Shown here: piece by piece, positions 1 through 8,226 of the stretch | Numbering within the stretch: position 1 is the first letter of the stretch | Layout: each line of letters begins with the position of its first letter | Origin: Candidatus Latescibacterota bacterium | GTDB lineage: Bacteria; Krumholzibacteriota; Krumholzibacteriia; WVZY01; JAKEHA01 | Reading direction: 5' to 3' | NCBI GenBank assembly: GCA_963707635.1 | Contig: OY970173.1 | Location: 1,888,001-1,952,000 of the forward strand | Length of the DNA: 64,000 bases | Program-made: the position numbers and the translations under genes | Notes under the pieces: generated by a model | What the model was told of the DNA's origin: nothing | Database searches by the model: none | The model's input: the letters and a program-made list of their open reading frames with translations, nothing else

Positions 1-2
1 CG

Positions 3-1256
3 ATCGGCACCGACGGTCGCATCGAATCGTACGTCCTGAGCGACTTCGCGGACTACATCTGCGGCGACGCGCGCCTCGCCTACACGACGCACAGCCCGTA
101 CAACAACTCCGGGGTGCCGTATCCATGGAGCGACTGGTCGTGGGGACTGACCGGCGCCAACCCGGTGGAGCGCGCGCTGCGGCGCGTGGTCGTGGTGCGC
201 GGCGTCGGGTCGATCCCGTACTTCGTCATTCAGGACGATATCAAGAAGGACAGCGACGAACACCACTACGAATGGTGCATGCACGTCCCGGTCGACGCGA
301 GCGTGGATGTGGGCGGCAACGGCCCGATCCGGGTGTCCCGGAACGCGACGGCCCTCGACCTGCACGCGCTGCGTCCCCAGCGGGCGCAGCTCGCCGCGTC
401 CGTGTCGATCTTCGACAATCAGGGCGAAGATCCCAATTCACGCCTGGTGAAGCTCGGCACCGACATGGTGGAGCCGCGTTTCACGCTGCTGCTCGTCCCG
501 CGACGCGTGAGCGACGCGGAGCCGGCTGTGTCGTCGGCCGCCGGACCCGCCGGGACGACGACGACCGTCGCGTGGGCGAACGGAATGACGGACTATGTAT
601 TCTCGCGAACCACGGTGGTGGATCCTCCGCTGCCGGTGGTGGATCCGTTGCTGCAAGGGACGGCGTGTACGGGCTCGCTGGCAACCGACGCGATTCTCGG
701 CGTGGCACGGACGGCGGGCGGCGAGGTGCGCGGCTACGTGCTCGCGGACGGGACGGTGCTCGTGTGCGCATCCCGGGTGCTGGTGAGTATCGATGACGGT
801 CCGGCCACCGTCGTCTACGACGGATCCAGCGTTCACATCAGCCGGGCGAACGCGCGCTTTCGTATCTTCGCCCAGGGCGTGTCAGGCGTCCTGTATCGGG
901 GCAACCCCTTGCCCACCGTTCTCGAGGGTGAGTATCTGACCAACGCGCTCTACACCGGCGTCCGGCCGGCGCCTGCCGAACCCGACCTCGATTTGCGCGC
1001 GTTCCCGAACCCCTTCAATCCGTCGGTCCGGATCACCTTCGTCGTTCCCTGGCGAAGCGAGGTTCGCGCGGAGATCCACGACGCGGCCGGCCGCCGCGTG
1101 GTGGTGCTCGCCGCGCGCGAGATGGATGCCGGCGCGCACGCGCTGGAGTGGAATGGACGGGATGAAAAGGGTGGCGACGCCGCCAGCGGGGTGTACTTCC
1201 TGCGCGTGCAGTCGGGTTCGGCGGCCCGATCGATCAAGCTCGTGCTTCTGCGCTGA
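3..1256 (+). CDS. Secreted protein, 5'-partial: heparinase II/III-like C-terminal region plus FlgD-Ig/T9SS-like C-terminal sorting domain
   Basis: The frame is open from the window edge (IGTDGRIESYVLSDFADYICGDARLAY...). YFVIQDDI...YEWCMH resembles the heparinase II/III beta-sandwich. The C-terminus AFPNPFNPSVRITF...WNGRDEKGGDAASGVYFLRV...KLVLLR is a FlgD-Ig/CTD signature. Confidence 0.65.
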   Translation: MGTDGRIESYVLSDFADYICGDARLAYTTHSPYNNSGVPYPWSDWSWGLTGANPVERALRRVVVVRGVGSIPYFVIQDDIKKDSDEHHYEWCMHVPVDASVDVGGNGPIRVSRNATALDLHALRPQRAQLAASVSIFDNQGEDPNSRLVKLGTDMVEPRFTLLLVPRRVSDAEPAVSSAAGPAGTTTTVAWANGMTDYVFSRTTVVDPPLPVVDPLLQGTACTGSLATDAILGVARTAGGEVRGYVLADGTVLVCASRVLVSIDDGPATVVYDGSSVHISRANARFRIFAQGVSGVLYRGNPLPTVLEGEYLTNALYTGVRPAPAEPDLDLRAFPNPFNPSVRITFVVPWRSEVRAEIHDAAGRRVVVLAAREMDAGAHALEWNGRDEKGGDAASGVYFLRVQSGSAARSIKLVLLR

Positions 1257-2502
1257 GGTCCCCGATGATCGGTTCGAGGCGCGCGAACGCGGCGCGCAGC
1301 GCGCCCTCCACCCGTTCCGGGGTGTCCGAGCGCGCGAAAATGAACGCCACGTAGAGGAAGCCGTCGGGCAGCGGTGTCAGGTGCTGCCCGGGCCGCGCAC
1401 TCACCACCACCTCCTCGACGCCGGGAACCTCGGCGGCAGCGCTCGCCCCACGCAGCGATTCGAATCGCCCCGCGCGCGGGGCCTGGATCATCCAGACGCC
1501 GGCGGCGCGGGGCTCGCGCGGCGGGATCTGCGCGACGAGTCCGAGGGCGTGCTGGAGGATGACATCTTCGAGCGAGCGCCCGTCGGCAAAGCGCACCACC
1601 CGCGAGCACAGCCCTCCGATCGATCGCGCGTGCACCTCGATCGGGATCACCGCCCCGGCGCTCCCGCGGAGCTCGACGTGCACGGGGCCGCTCACGAGCC
1701 CCACCGCGCGCACGGCGGCTCCGGAGGTCTCCACGATCCGCTGCTGCACCTCCGGCGAGAGGCGCGAGGGCGTCACGTACATCGTCTCCGGGAAGACGGG
1801 TCCCTCGAGCGGGTCCGGCTTGTCGAAGATGGCGATCACGTCGAGGCGGCCGCCGGTCACGATGCCTTCCACCGCCACTTCCCAGCCGTCCACGTACGAT
1901 TCCGCGAGGACGTGACCGCGCGCGAGCACGTCGTGCGCAGACGGCGACGAACGCACCAGCCGGGCGAGTCGTTCGAACGCGGGCGCGAACGCCTTTGCGT
2001 CGTCGACTCTGAACACGCCCCGGCTCGCCGACATGGCGAGCGGCTTGAGCACGGCGGGATAGCCGACCGCGCGCGCCAGTTCGCGCTCGAGCGCATCCAC
2101 GGGCGCTTGCAGCGAAAGCAGCGCGTACTTCGGTATCGGAATGCCAGCCGCCCGCATCCGCTCGCGCGCGAGGTACTTGTTGACGGTAGCGCGCACCGCG
2201 TCGACGGGGTTATGCGGCAGGCCGAGCGCCTCGGCGATCGCGGCGGCCGCGAGCACGGAACGGTCGTCGACCGCCACCACCGCGTGCACCGGCGTCTTGC
2301 GCGCGAAACGCCGCGCCCGGGCGGCGGCGCCGATGGGGTCGTCGAAGTCGAACGACGGCAGCTCGACCGGGTGCAGGTGCGAGAGCGAGCTTTCCGTTTC
2401 CGAGGCGAGGCTCAAGTCCACCGGGAGGCGCCGCGCGGCGCGCACGAACGCGTCGGCGCGATAGGTGGACGTGGGAACGAGCAGGAGCAGGCGGGGCTTC
2501 AT
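1234..2502 (-). CDS. ATP-grasp domain protein (L-amino-acid-ligase-like)
   Basis: Motifs NKYLARE, GYPAVLKPLAMSASRGVFRV, LAESYVDGWEVAVEG and IEVHARSIGG, plus a C-terminal LAL-type extension. ATG at 2502 (MKPRLLLL). Confidence 0.85.
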   Translation of the reverse strand: MKPRLLLLVPTSTYRADAFVRAARRLPVDLSLASETESSLSHLHPVELPSFDFDDPIGAAARARRFARKTPVHAVVAVDDRSVLAAAAIAEALGLPHNPVDAVRATVNKYLARERMRAAGIPIPKYALLSLQAPVDALERELARAVGYPAVLKPLAMSASRGVFRVDDAKAFAPAFERLARLVRSSPSAHDVLARGHVLAESYVDGWEVAVEGIVTGGRLDVIAIFDKPDPLEGPVFPETMYVTPSRLSPEVQQRIVETSGAAVRAVGLVSGPVHVELRGSAGAVIPIEVHARSIGGLCSRVVRFADGRSLEDVILQHALGLVAQIPPREPRAAGVWMIQAPRAGRFESLRGASAAAEVPGVEEVVVSARPGQHLTPLPDGFLYVAFIFARSDTPERVEGALRAAFARLEPIIGDLSAEARA

Positions 2503-2524
2503 GGCGGCGGCGGCGCGCCGGCGT

Positions 2525-3160
2525 CTACTTGGACGACGGCGCGTAATACGGATTGCGGCCGGCGGCGTGATCGGTGGTATCGAGGATTTCGCCGACCTCG
2601 GGGACCTCTTCGCGGATGGTGCGCTCGACACCGTACTTGAGGGTGACGCTCACCATGCCGCACCCCTGGCACCCGCCGCCGAACTCGAGAAACACGGTGT
2701 TGCCGGTGACTTCGAGCAGGCTCACCACGCCGCCGTGGGCGGCGACCGCCGGATTGATGACGCCGTCGAGCACCTGCTGGACGCGCCGCTTCACTTCTTC
2801 AGGTGGAAGTTGCGTCTCCGTCACCGCCGGCGAAATCGGATCGGCACCCGTGGCGAGGGCGTCGCGGATGGCCGTGCCCACCGCCGGGATCTTGTCGTCC
2901 CAGGTCGAGTCGCCCACCAGCGTCAGCCGCAGGGTGTCGTGGTTGACGAGGATCTCGGCGATGCCCTCGATGGCGAACAGCCCGTCGACCAGTGGCGACC
3001 CGTGCGAATGCTCGCGCTCGCCGAAATACGCCGAGTGGTTGGGGTAGAGCGGCTCGCTCACCGTGAAGGTGCACTGCTCGGGGTGCGCCATCGACGGGGT
3101 CGCGGTGATCCGCACCGATCGTCCCTGCGGGAGCTCGAAATTCAGGCTGACTTCATCCAT
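2525..3160 (-). CDS. Nfu/NifU-family Fe-S cluster carrier (Nfu N-terminal scaffold plus NifU C domain)
   Basis: INPAVAAHGGVV...FGGGCQGCG...TLKYGVE...DTTDHAAGRNPYY, with an N-terminal SPLVDGLFAIEGI scaffold motif. Confidence 0.9.
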   Translation of the reverse strand: MDEVSLNFELPQGRSVRITATPSMAHPEQCTFTVSEPLYPNHSAYFGEREHSHGSPLVDGLFAIEGIAEILVNHDTLRLTLVGDSTWDDKIPAVGTAIRDALATGADPISPAVTETQLPPEEVKRRVQQVLDGVINPAVAAHGGVVSLLEVTGNTVFLEFGGGCQGCGMVSVTLKYGVERTIREEVPEVGEILDTTDHAAGRNPYYAPSSK

Positions 3161-3169
3161 GGCACTTCG

Positions 3170-3198
3170 ATGATAGGTGAGGCGCTGGCCGGGCGCAA
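3170..3198 (-). promoter_or_regulatory. Putative sigma70 promoter of the nfu gene
   Basis: TTGCGC-N17-TATCAT, 9 nt upstream of the ATG at 3160. Confidence 0.45.
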
Positions 3199-3212
3199 GC
3201 GTCGATGCCGGG

Positions 3213-4649
3213 TCACACGCCCGCGCGTTCGAGAGAGCCAAACTGGCTCTCGGTGGGTTCGGCTCAGCAGAACCAGTCCTCGGTGAGGCGCGGCGATGGC
3301 CCCGCCGGCTGCGGCACGGCGAGCGCGGCGCGGCCGGGCGCGACCACCGCATGCACGCGCGCAAACGCCTCCTCGGCGGGCCAGTGGCCCGCCGCCGCGT
3401 CGGCGGCGACGCGAGCAAGTTCGTGCTGCAGACGATCCATCCCGGGATCGGGATGGCGCCAGCGATAGGAGAGCGTCTCGGGGTCGAAGGGGCCGAGGTG
3501 TTCACGCATGGGCTCGTGGCGCAACAGCAGGGAGCCCTCCGGGACGAGCAGGCGGATCGAGTACTGCACCGGGTCGACCCGACCGACGAGTCCCTCCCCG
3601 GCGACGATGTCCAGGAGCTCGCCGAGACTCGCGCGTGTCTCCCAGGGCGTGAATGGTACCAGCGAGGGCCGCAGCGCGATACCGAGGCCGCCGACGAAAC
3701 GAATCACCTCCAGCGCCTGCGCGCGGGTGTGACCCTTGTCCAGGTGTGTCAGCACCTCGTCGTTGAACGATTCCACCGCCGATACCATGAACAGGTTGCC
3801 CAGGTCGCGGAGTTCTCTGACGGCCTCGCGATGACGAAAGAGGTGTTCGATCTTGGCGGTGTAGTCGAACGTCACGCCGGCGAAGCGCCGGTGCAGCTCA
3901 CGCGCCACGCGCAGCGCGTGGGTGGGGCCGTTCAAGAAGTCCGCGTCGGCGAAGGTGACGTGCCGCGCACCTCTGGCGACGACGCCGGCCACGTCGTCGA
4001 GGACGCGCGCGACCGGGATGGCGTAGAAAGAGCCGGCGTACGCGGCCGGAAGCGGACAGTGACGGCAGAGGTGCTTGCAACCGCGCGTCGTCTGTACGTA
4101 TCCCACCGGGCTGCGCGCGCCGCCGGAGTCGAGCATCACGTAGCGGTCGTGCCGGGTGAGACCCGGCCGATGCGGGGTGAGGTCGAGCGAGCGCGCAGCA
4201 GGCGCAGGCGACGGCGGCACGACCGATCGCGGGTGGGAAGCGTCGAGTGTCGCGCGGGCGAGCTCGAGGAGAGATGCCTCGCACTCCGCACCCAGACAGC
4301 TGTCCGCGTGGGCCGGAACCAGATGACGCGCATTCAATCCCGCGTAGAGTCCGTAGAAACAGATGTGGGCGTTGGGATTCAAGTCGCGCACGCGTGCGGC
4401 CACACGCACCCCCAGTCGCAGCGCGGTGTGCATCGGGGTCGAGATCGCCACCAGCTGCGCGCCGGCAATCGCCGCCGTGTCGAACTCATCCACCGCCACG
4501 TCCATCGTGCGCGGGACGATGCCCGCGCGGGCGAGCACTCCCGCGGGAACGGCGATGCCCAGCGGCTCGTGGCCGAGCTCGTAGCACGAAACCAGTACGA
4601 CGCGGCCGTCGGTGGCTTCGCGGGGGGATGATACCGGCGCGGACTGCAC
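3213..4649 (-). CDS. CUAEP-tail radical SAM selenoprotein (B12-binding-like N domain; Sec at UGA 3264-3266)
   Basis: CxxxCxxC motif (TRGCKHLCRHC). The ORF track stops at ...LTEDWFC, but read-through gives WFC-U-AEPTESQFGSLERAGV* (stop 3213-3215), matching the CUAEP/CCAEP tail. A hairpin follows the UGA. Start at GTG 4649 is uncertain. Confidence 0.88.
3233..3251 (-). promoter_or_regulatory. Bacterial SECIS-like hairpin
   Basis: mRNA GAGAGCCA-GUU-UGGCUCUC is a perfect 8-bp stem with a G-starting loop, beginning 12 nt after the in-frame UGA. Confidence 0.75.
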
Positions 4650-4800
4650 GCGACGGAGTATAATGACACCGGAGCCAGGTATGCAACGAGCCCGGCTCCG
4701 GTGGCGAACGCGCGTGAAGTCGCCGCCTTGCCGGTTTCCGGCGCGGGCGCCGCACCCATCGTGTATACTCCAGTCGGGTTCGCAAACGCGGGAGGTAGGG

Positions 4801-6849
4801 ATGGCCACAGAGGAGATTCACCGCATGCAGCCGGCGCGACTGCGGACCGGCATCACGCTGGAGCAACTCCCCACGTCAGAATCGTCGTCGTCCGGGATCG
4901 ACAGCCGGCGTGTCATTCGCGGCACCGCATTGATCTTCTGGGACCCGAAACGTCCCGGCCACAAACTCGACGCGATCGACACGGACCAGATCACGCCGGC
5001 CAAAGACTGTGTATCCGAGAGCCTCGATGCGCTCGACAAGCGGTGGAAGGAGGGCGCGTTTCGCTTCCTGATGCCGGACTTTCGCGCGCGCGTGCACCGG
5101 GGCGAGACGTTCCTCGTCGCCGGCGATCGGTTTGCGATCGGCTCCTCGCGCGAGATGAGCCCGGCGGGATTGCGTGCCATCGCGGAGGAAGACGGGCGCG
5201 AGATGGTGATCGTCTGCGGCCACAACATGGGCGACATTTTCCGCCGCAATGCGCTCAACCTGGGGCTCGAGGTGGTGCAGGCCCCCGAGGCGGTGGTGGA
5301 CGCGCGCGACGGAGACGAGTTTTCCTACGAACCGGCGACGCGCCGGCTGGTGAACGAGTCGCAGGGCCGGCAATACACCCCGGTCGCGCTGACGCCCAAA
5401 GAGGACGAGATTCGGAGCACCGGGGGCATCTTCGCCCTGGGCCGGCGCGAGTTTCAAGACTCCGCCCGGAGCACTCCGCGGGCAGAGTGGCCGGACCCGG
5501 AGACCGCGCGCGGACTCACGACCACCGAACAGATCGTGTGGGCGCACCGCGTCGACCGGCAGGCGCGGGTCGAACCGGGGCGAACGCTCCGCGTCTACGC
5601 CGACCTCCTCCCGGCGTCCGACGGCACTGCACCCTTTGCAATCCATACCTTCAATCAGATCACGGGAGGAAACACCATCTTCCCGCGCCAGGCGGCGATC
5701 GCGAACGACCATTTCGTGTTCACCGGTGCCGACGCCGACGACAAGCAGACGGGGATCGGGCGCGAGTTCGCCAGGCAGCACGGCATCGAGAAGCCGTACT
5801 ACGCGACGCCGGGCGACGGCATCTTTCATTTCTACTTTCCCGAGCAGGGGCTGATCGTGCCCGGGCAGTTCATCCCCGGCGCGGACTCGCACAGCCGCGC
5901 GTACGGCGCGTACGGCGCGGTGGGAATCGGCGTCGGCTCGACGACGCTCGGGTTCGGATGGGCCACGGGGTATATCTACTTCACGCCGGCGCGCTCGCGC
6001 CGGGTGGTGTTCACCGGCAAGTTGCAGCCGTGGGTGTCGGGCAAAGACGTCGTGCTCAAGCTGCTCGAGCGATGGGGAGCGAAGCAGTCGCAGGGAATGT
6101 CGGTCGAGCTCGTGGACGCGAATCGACAACTGCCGGTCGCGTACCGCAACACCATCGCCAACATGATGGCCGAGGCGGAGGCGATGAACGGGATTTTCGC
6201 CTGCGACGAGGTGACCCTCGCCTGGTACGCCGCCAAGGGCATGAAGGAGCTCCCGTATCCGCCCCTCGCGCCCGGCGCCAACGCCTGTTTCGAAATCGAC
6301 GAGACCCTCGACCTGTCGGACGTGGTCCCGATGGTCGCGAAACCGTTCAGCCCGGGAAACGCGTTCCCGGCCGAGGACGTCGCCCGCGAGCGCCTTACCT
6401 TCGACAAGGCGTTCATCGGGTCGTGCACCAACGGCAGCTATGACGACCTGCTGCAGGCGGCGATGGTGGTCAGGCGCGCGCGCACGCTCGGGTTCGAACG
6501 GTCGAGCACGCCGTTCGTCGTGTTTCCGGGCTCGGGGGGTGTGAAGAAACTGATCGAACGGCCCGACCCGCGCCTGGGTGGGGAATCGGTGGCGAACGTG
6601 CTGCGGTCGGTCGGCGCGGAAATCCGGGCGTCGTGGTGCGGCCCGTGCTTCGGCCAGGGACCGGATGCGCTCAAACGCGGCGAGCGCGCGATCACGTCCT
6701 TCAACCGCAACTGGCAGAACCGCATGGGCGTCGGCGGGGAGGGCTACCTCGCCAGTCCGGCGGTGGTCGCCGCGTCCGCGCTGCTGGGCTACATGGCCGG
6801 ACCGGGAGAGCTCGGGATCGAATGGAACGCGGAGGCGTTCGCGCTCTAA
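4801..6849 (+). CDS. Aconitase-family hydro-lyase: fused LeuD-like swivel (N-terminal) and LeuC-like Fe-S domain
   Basis: N part has [16 protein letters not shown] and [12 protein letters not shown] part has [30 protein letters not shown] and [20 protein letters not shown] before ATG 4801. Confidence 0.85.
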   Translation: MATEEIHRMQPARLRTGITLEQLPTSESSSSGIDSRRVIRGTALIFWDPKRPGHKLDAIDTDQITPAKDCVSESLDALDKRWKEGAFRFLMPDFRARVHRGETFLVAGDRFAIGSSREMSPAGLRAIAEEDGREMVIVCGHNMGDIFRRNALNLGLEVVQAPEAVVDARDGDEFSYEPATRRLVNESQGRQYTPVALTPKEDEIRSTGGIFALGRREFQDSARSTPRAEWPDPETARGLTTTEQIVWAHRVDRQARVEPGRTLRVYADLLPASDGTAPFAIHTFNQITGGNTIFPRQAAIANDHFVFTGADADDKQTGIGREFARQHGIEKPYYATPGDGIFHFYFPEQGLIVPGQFIPGADSHSRAYGAYGAVGIGVGSTTLGFGWATGYIYFTPARSRRVVFTGKLQPWVSGKDVVLKLLERWGAKQSQGMSVELVDANRQLPVAYRNTIANMMAEAEAMNGIFACDEVTLAWYAAKGMKELPYPPLAPGANACFEIDETLDLSDVVPMVAKPFSPGNAFPAEDVARERLTFDKAFIGSCTNGSYDDLLQAAMVVRRARTLGFERSSTPFVVFPGSGGVKKLIERPDPRLGGESVANVLRSVGAEIRASWCGPCFGQGPDALKRGERAITSFNRNWQNRMGVGGEGYLASPAVVAASALLGYMAGPGELGIEWNAEAFAL

Positions 6850-7841
6850 TGGAATTCCGCCATCTGGGGAGATCGGGGCTGAAGGTATCGGCGTTGTCGC
6901 TGGGGGCCTGGGTCACCTACGGCGCCCAGGTGGGAGAAGACGCCGCCTACCAGTGCATGACCGCTGCGTTCGACCGCGGCGTCAACTTTTTCGACAACGC
7001 GGAAGCGTACGGCTCCGGCAACGCGGAAACCGTCATGGGGAACGTGATCCGGCGCGCCGGCTGGAAGCGTTCCGACCTCGTCGTCTCCACCAAGCTCTTC
7101 TGGGGCGGGAAAGGGCCGAACGACCGGGGCCTCTCGCGCAAGCACATCGTCGAAGGCATCCACGCGTCGCTGACGCGGCTCAAACTGGACTATGTCGACC
7201 TCCTGTTTTGCCATCGCCCGGATGTCGAGACGCCCATCGAGGAAACCGTCCGCGCGATGAACCACGTGATCGACCGCGGGATGGCCCTGTACTGGGGCAC
7301 CAGCGAATGGAGCGCGGACCAGATCATGGAGGCGGCGCTGGTCGCCTCGCGCGAGCACCTCATAGGCCCGCTCATGGAGCAGCCGCAGTACAACATGCTC
7401 CACCGCGACCGTGTCGAACGCGAATACGCGCGCCTCTACCGCGAGCTCGGCCTGGGCACGACGATTTGGAGCCCGCTGGCAAGCGGCTTGCTCACGGGAA
7501 AGTACGACGCCGGTCTTCCCGGCGGCACGCGGGCGAGCCTCCCGGGGCTCGAATGGCTGCGCGAGGAGCTGGTGGGAGCAACGTCGAAGCCGCGCCTCGA
7601 GAAGGCCAGGCAGCTGAAACCAATTGCGGACTCGCTCGGGTGCACGCGCGCGCAGCTCGCGATCGCGTGGTGCCTGAAGAACCCGAACGTGAGCTCGGTC
7701 ATCACCGGGGCGACGCGGCGCGAGCAGGTGGAGGAGAACATGGGGGCGCTCGAGGTGGCGCACGCCCTGACTCCCGCGGTGATGGAGTCGATCGAAGGCG
7801 TGCTCGGCAATGCGCCCGCGCCCGGGGAGCAATATCGATGA
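6849..7841 (+). CDS. Aldo/keto reductase (Kv-beta-like subfamily)
   Basis: [55 protein letters not shown]. The start overlaps the upstream stop (TAATG). Confidence 0.92.
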   Translation: MEFRHLGRSGLKVSALSLGAWVTYGAQVGEDAAYQCMTAAFDRGVNFFDNAEAYGSGNAETVMGNVIRRAGWKRSDLVVSTKLFWGGKGPNDRGLSRKHIVEGIHASLTRLKLDYVDLLFCHRPDVETPIEETVRAMNHVIDRGMALYWGTSEWSADQIMEAALVASREHLIGPLMEQPQYNMLHRDRVEREYARLYRELGLGTTIWSPLASGLLTGKYDAGLPGGTRASLPGLEWLREELVGATSKPRLEKARQLKPIADSLGCTRAQLAIAWCLKNPNVSSVITGATRREQVEENMGALEVAHALTPAVMESIEGVLGNAPAPGEQYR

Positions 7842-7882
7842 TGGCATGCCGCGAGAATCGGCCACCGCGCGACGCGCGGGAG

Positions 7883-7919
7883 AAAAAAAAGAATCCCGGG
7901 CGAAACCCGGGATCCTTTT
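7883..7919. terminator. Intrinsic, probably bidirectional, terminator
   Basis: A8-G-AATCCCGGG-CGAAA-CCCGGGATC-CTTTT. U8 tail on the minus strand and U4 on the plus strand. Confidence 0.8.
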
Positions 7920-7954
7920 CAAGCGCTCAAGAATTGAACGCCATAGTGCAGGGA
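7883..7954 (-). ncRNA. Candidate small RNA (~70 nt)
   Basis: Minus-strand TTGCCC-N17-TAGAGT with an extended TG (7960-7988), followed ~70 nt later by a hairpin and U8. There is no sizeable ORF (only MAFNS*). Confidence 0.45.
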
Positions 7955-8226
7955 GCGTTACTCTAGCACGGCGGGTGGGGGTGGGCAAGCGGGATTTTGG
8001 ATGGCGTGTTTATCTTTCTATGGTAGAATAAGTTAAGCGTCCGCCCAACGCTTGGTTTGACACTGGAAAACGGCGTGTGCTAATTATCCTCGGCCGGCGC
8101 ACCGACGAAACGGCGCGCCGCGCACGGCTGCCGGCGTCGCAGAGACGAGCCGCCAGCCGTTTTCGTGTCCGGCGAGACCGCCATGCGGCGCCGGGCGAGT
8201 CGCCTTTGAAACAGGTTTTGATCTGA

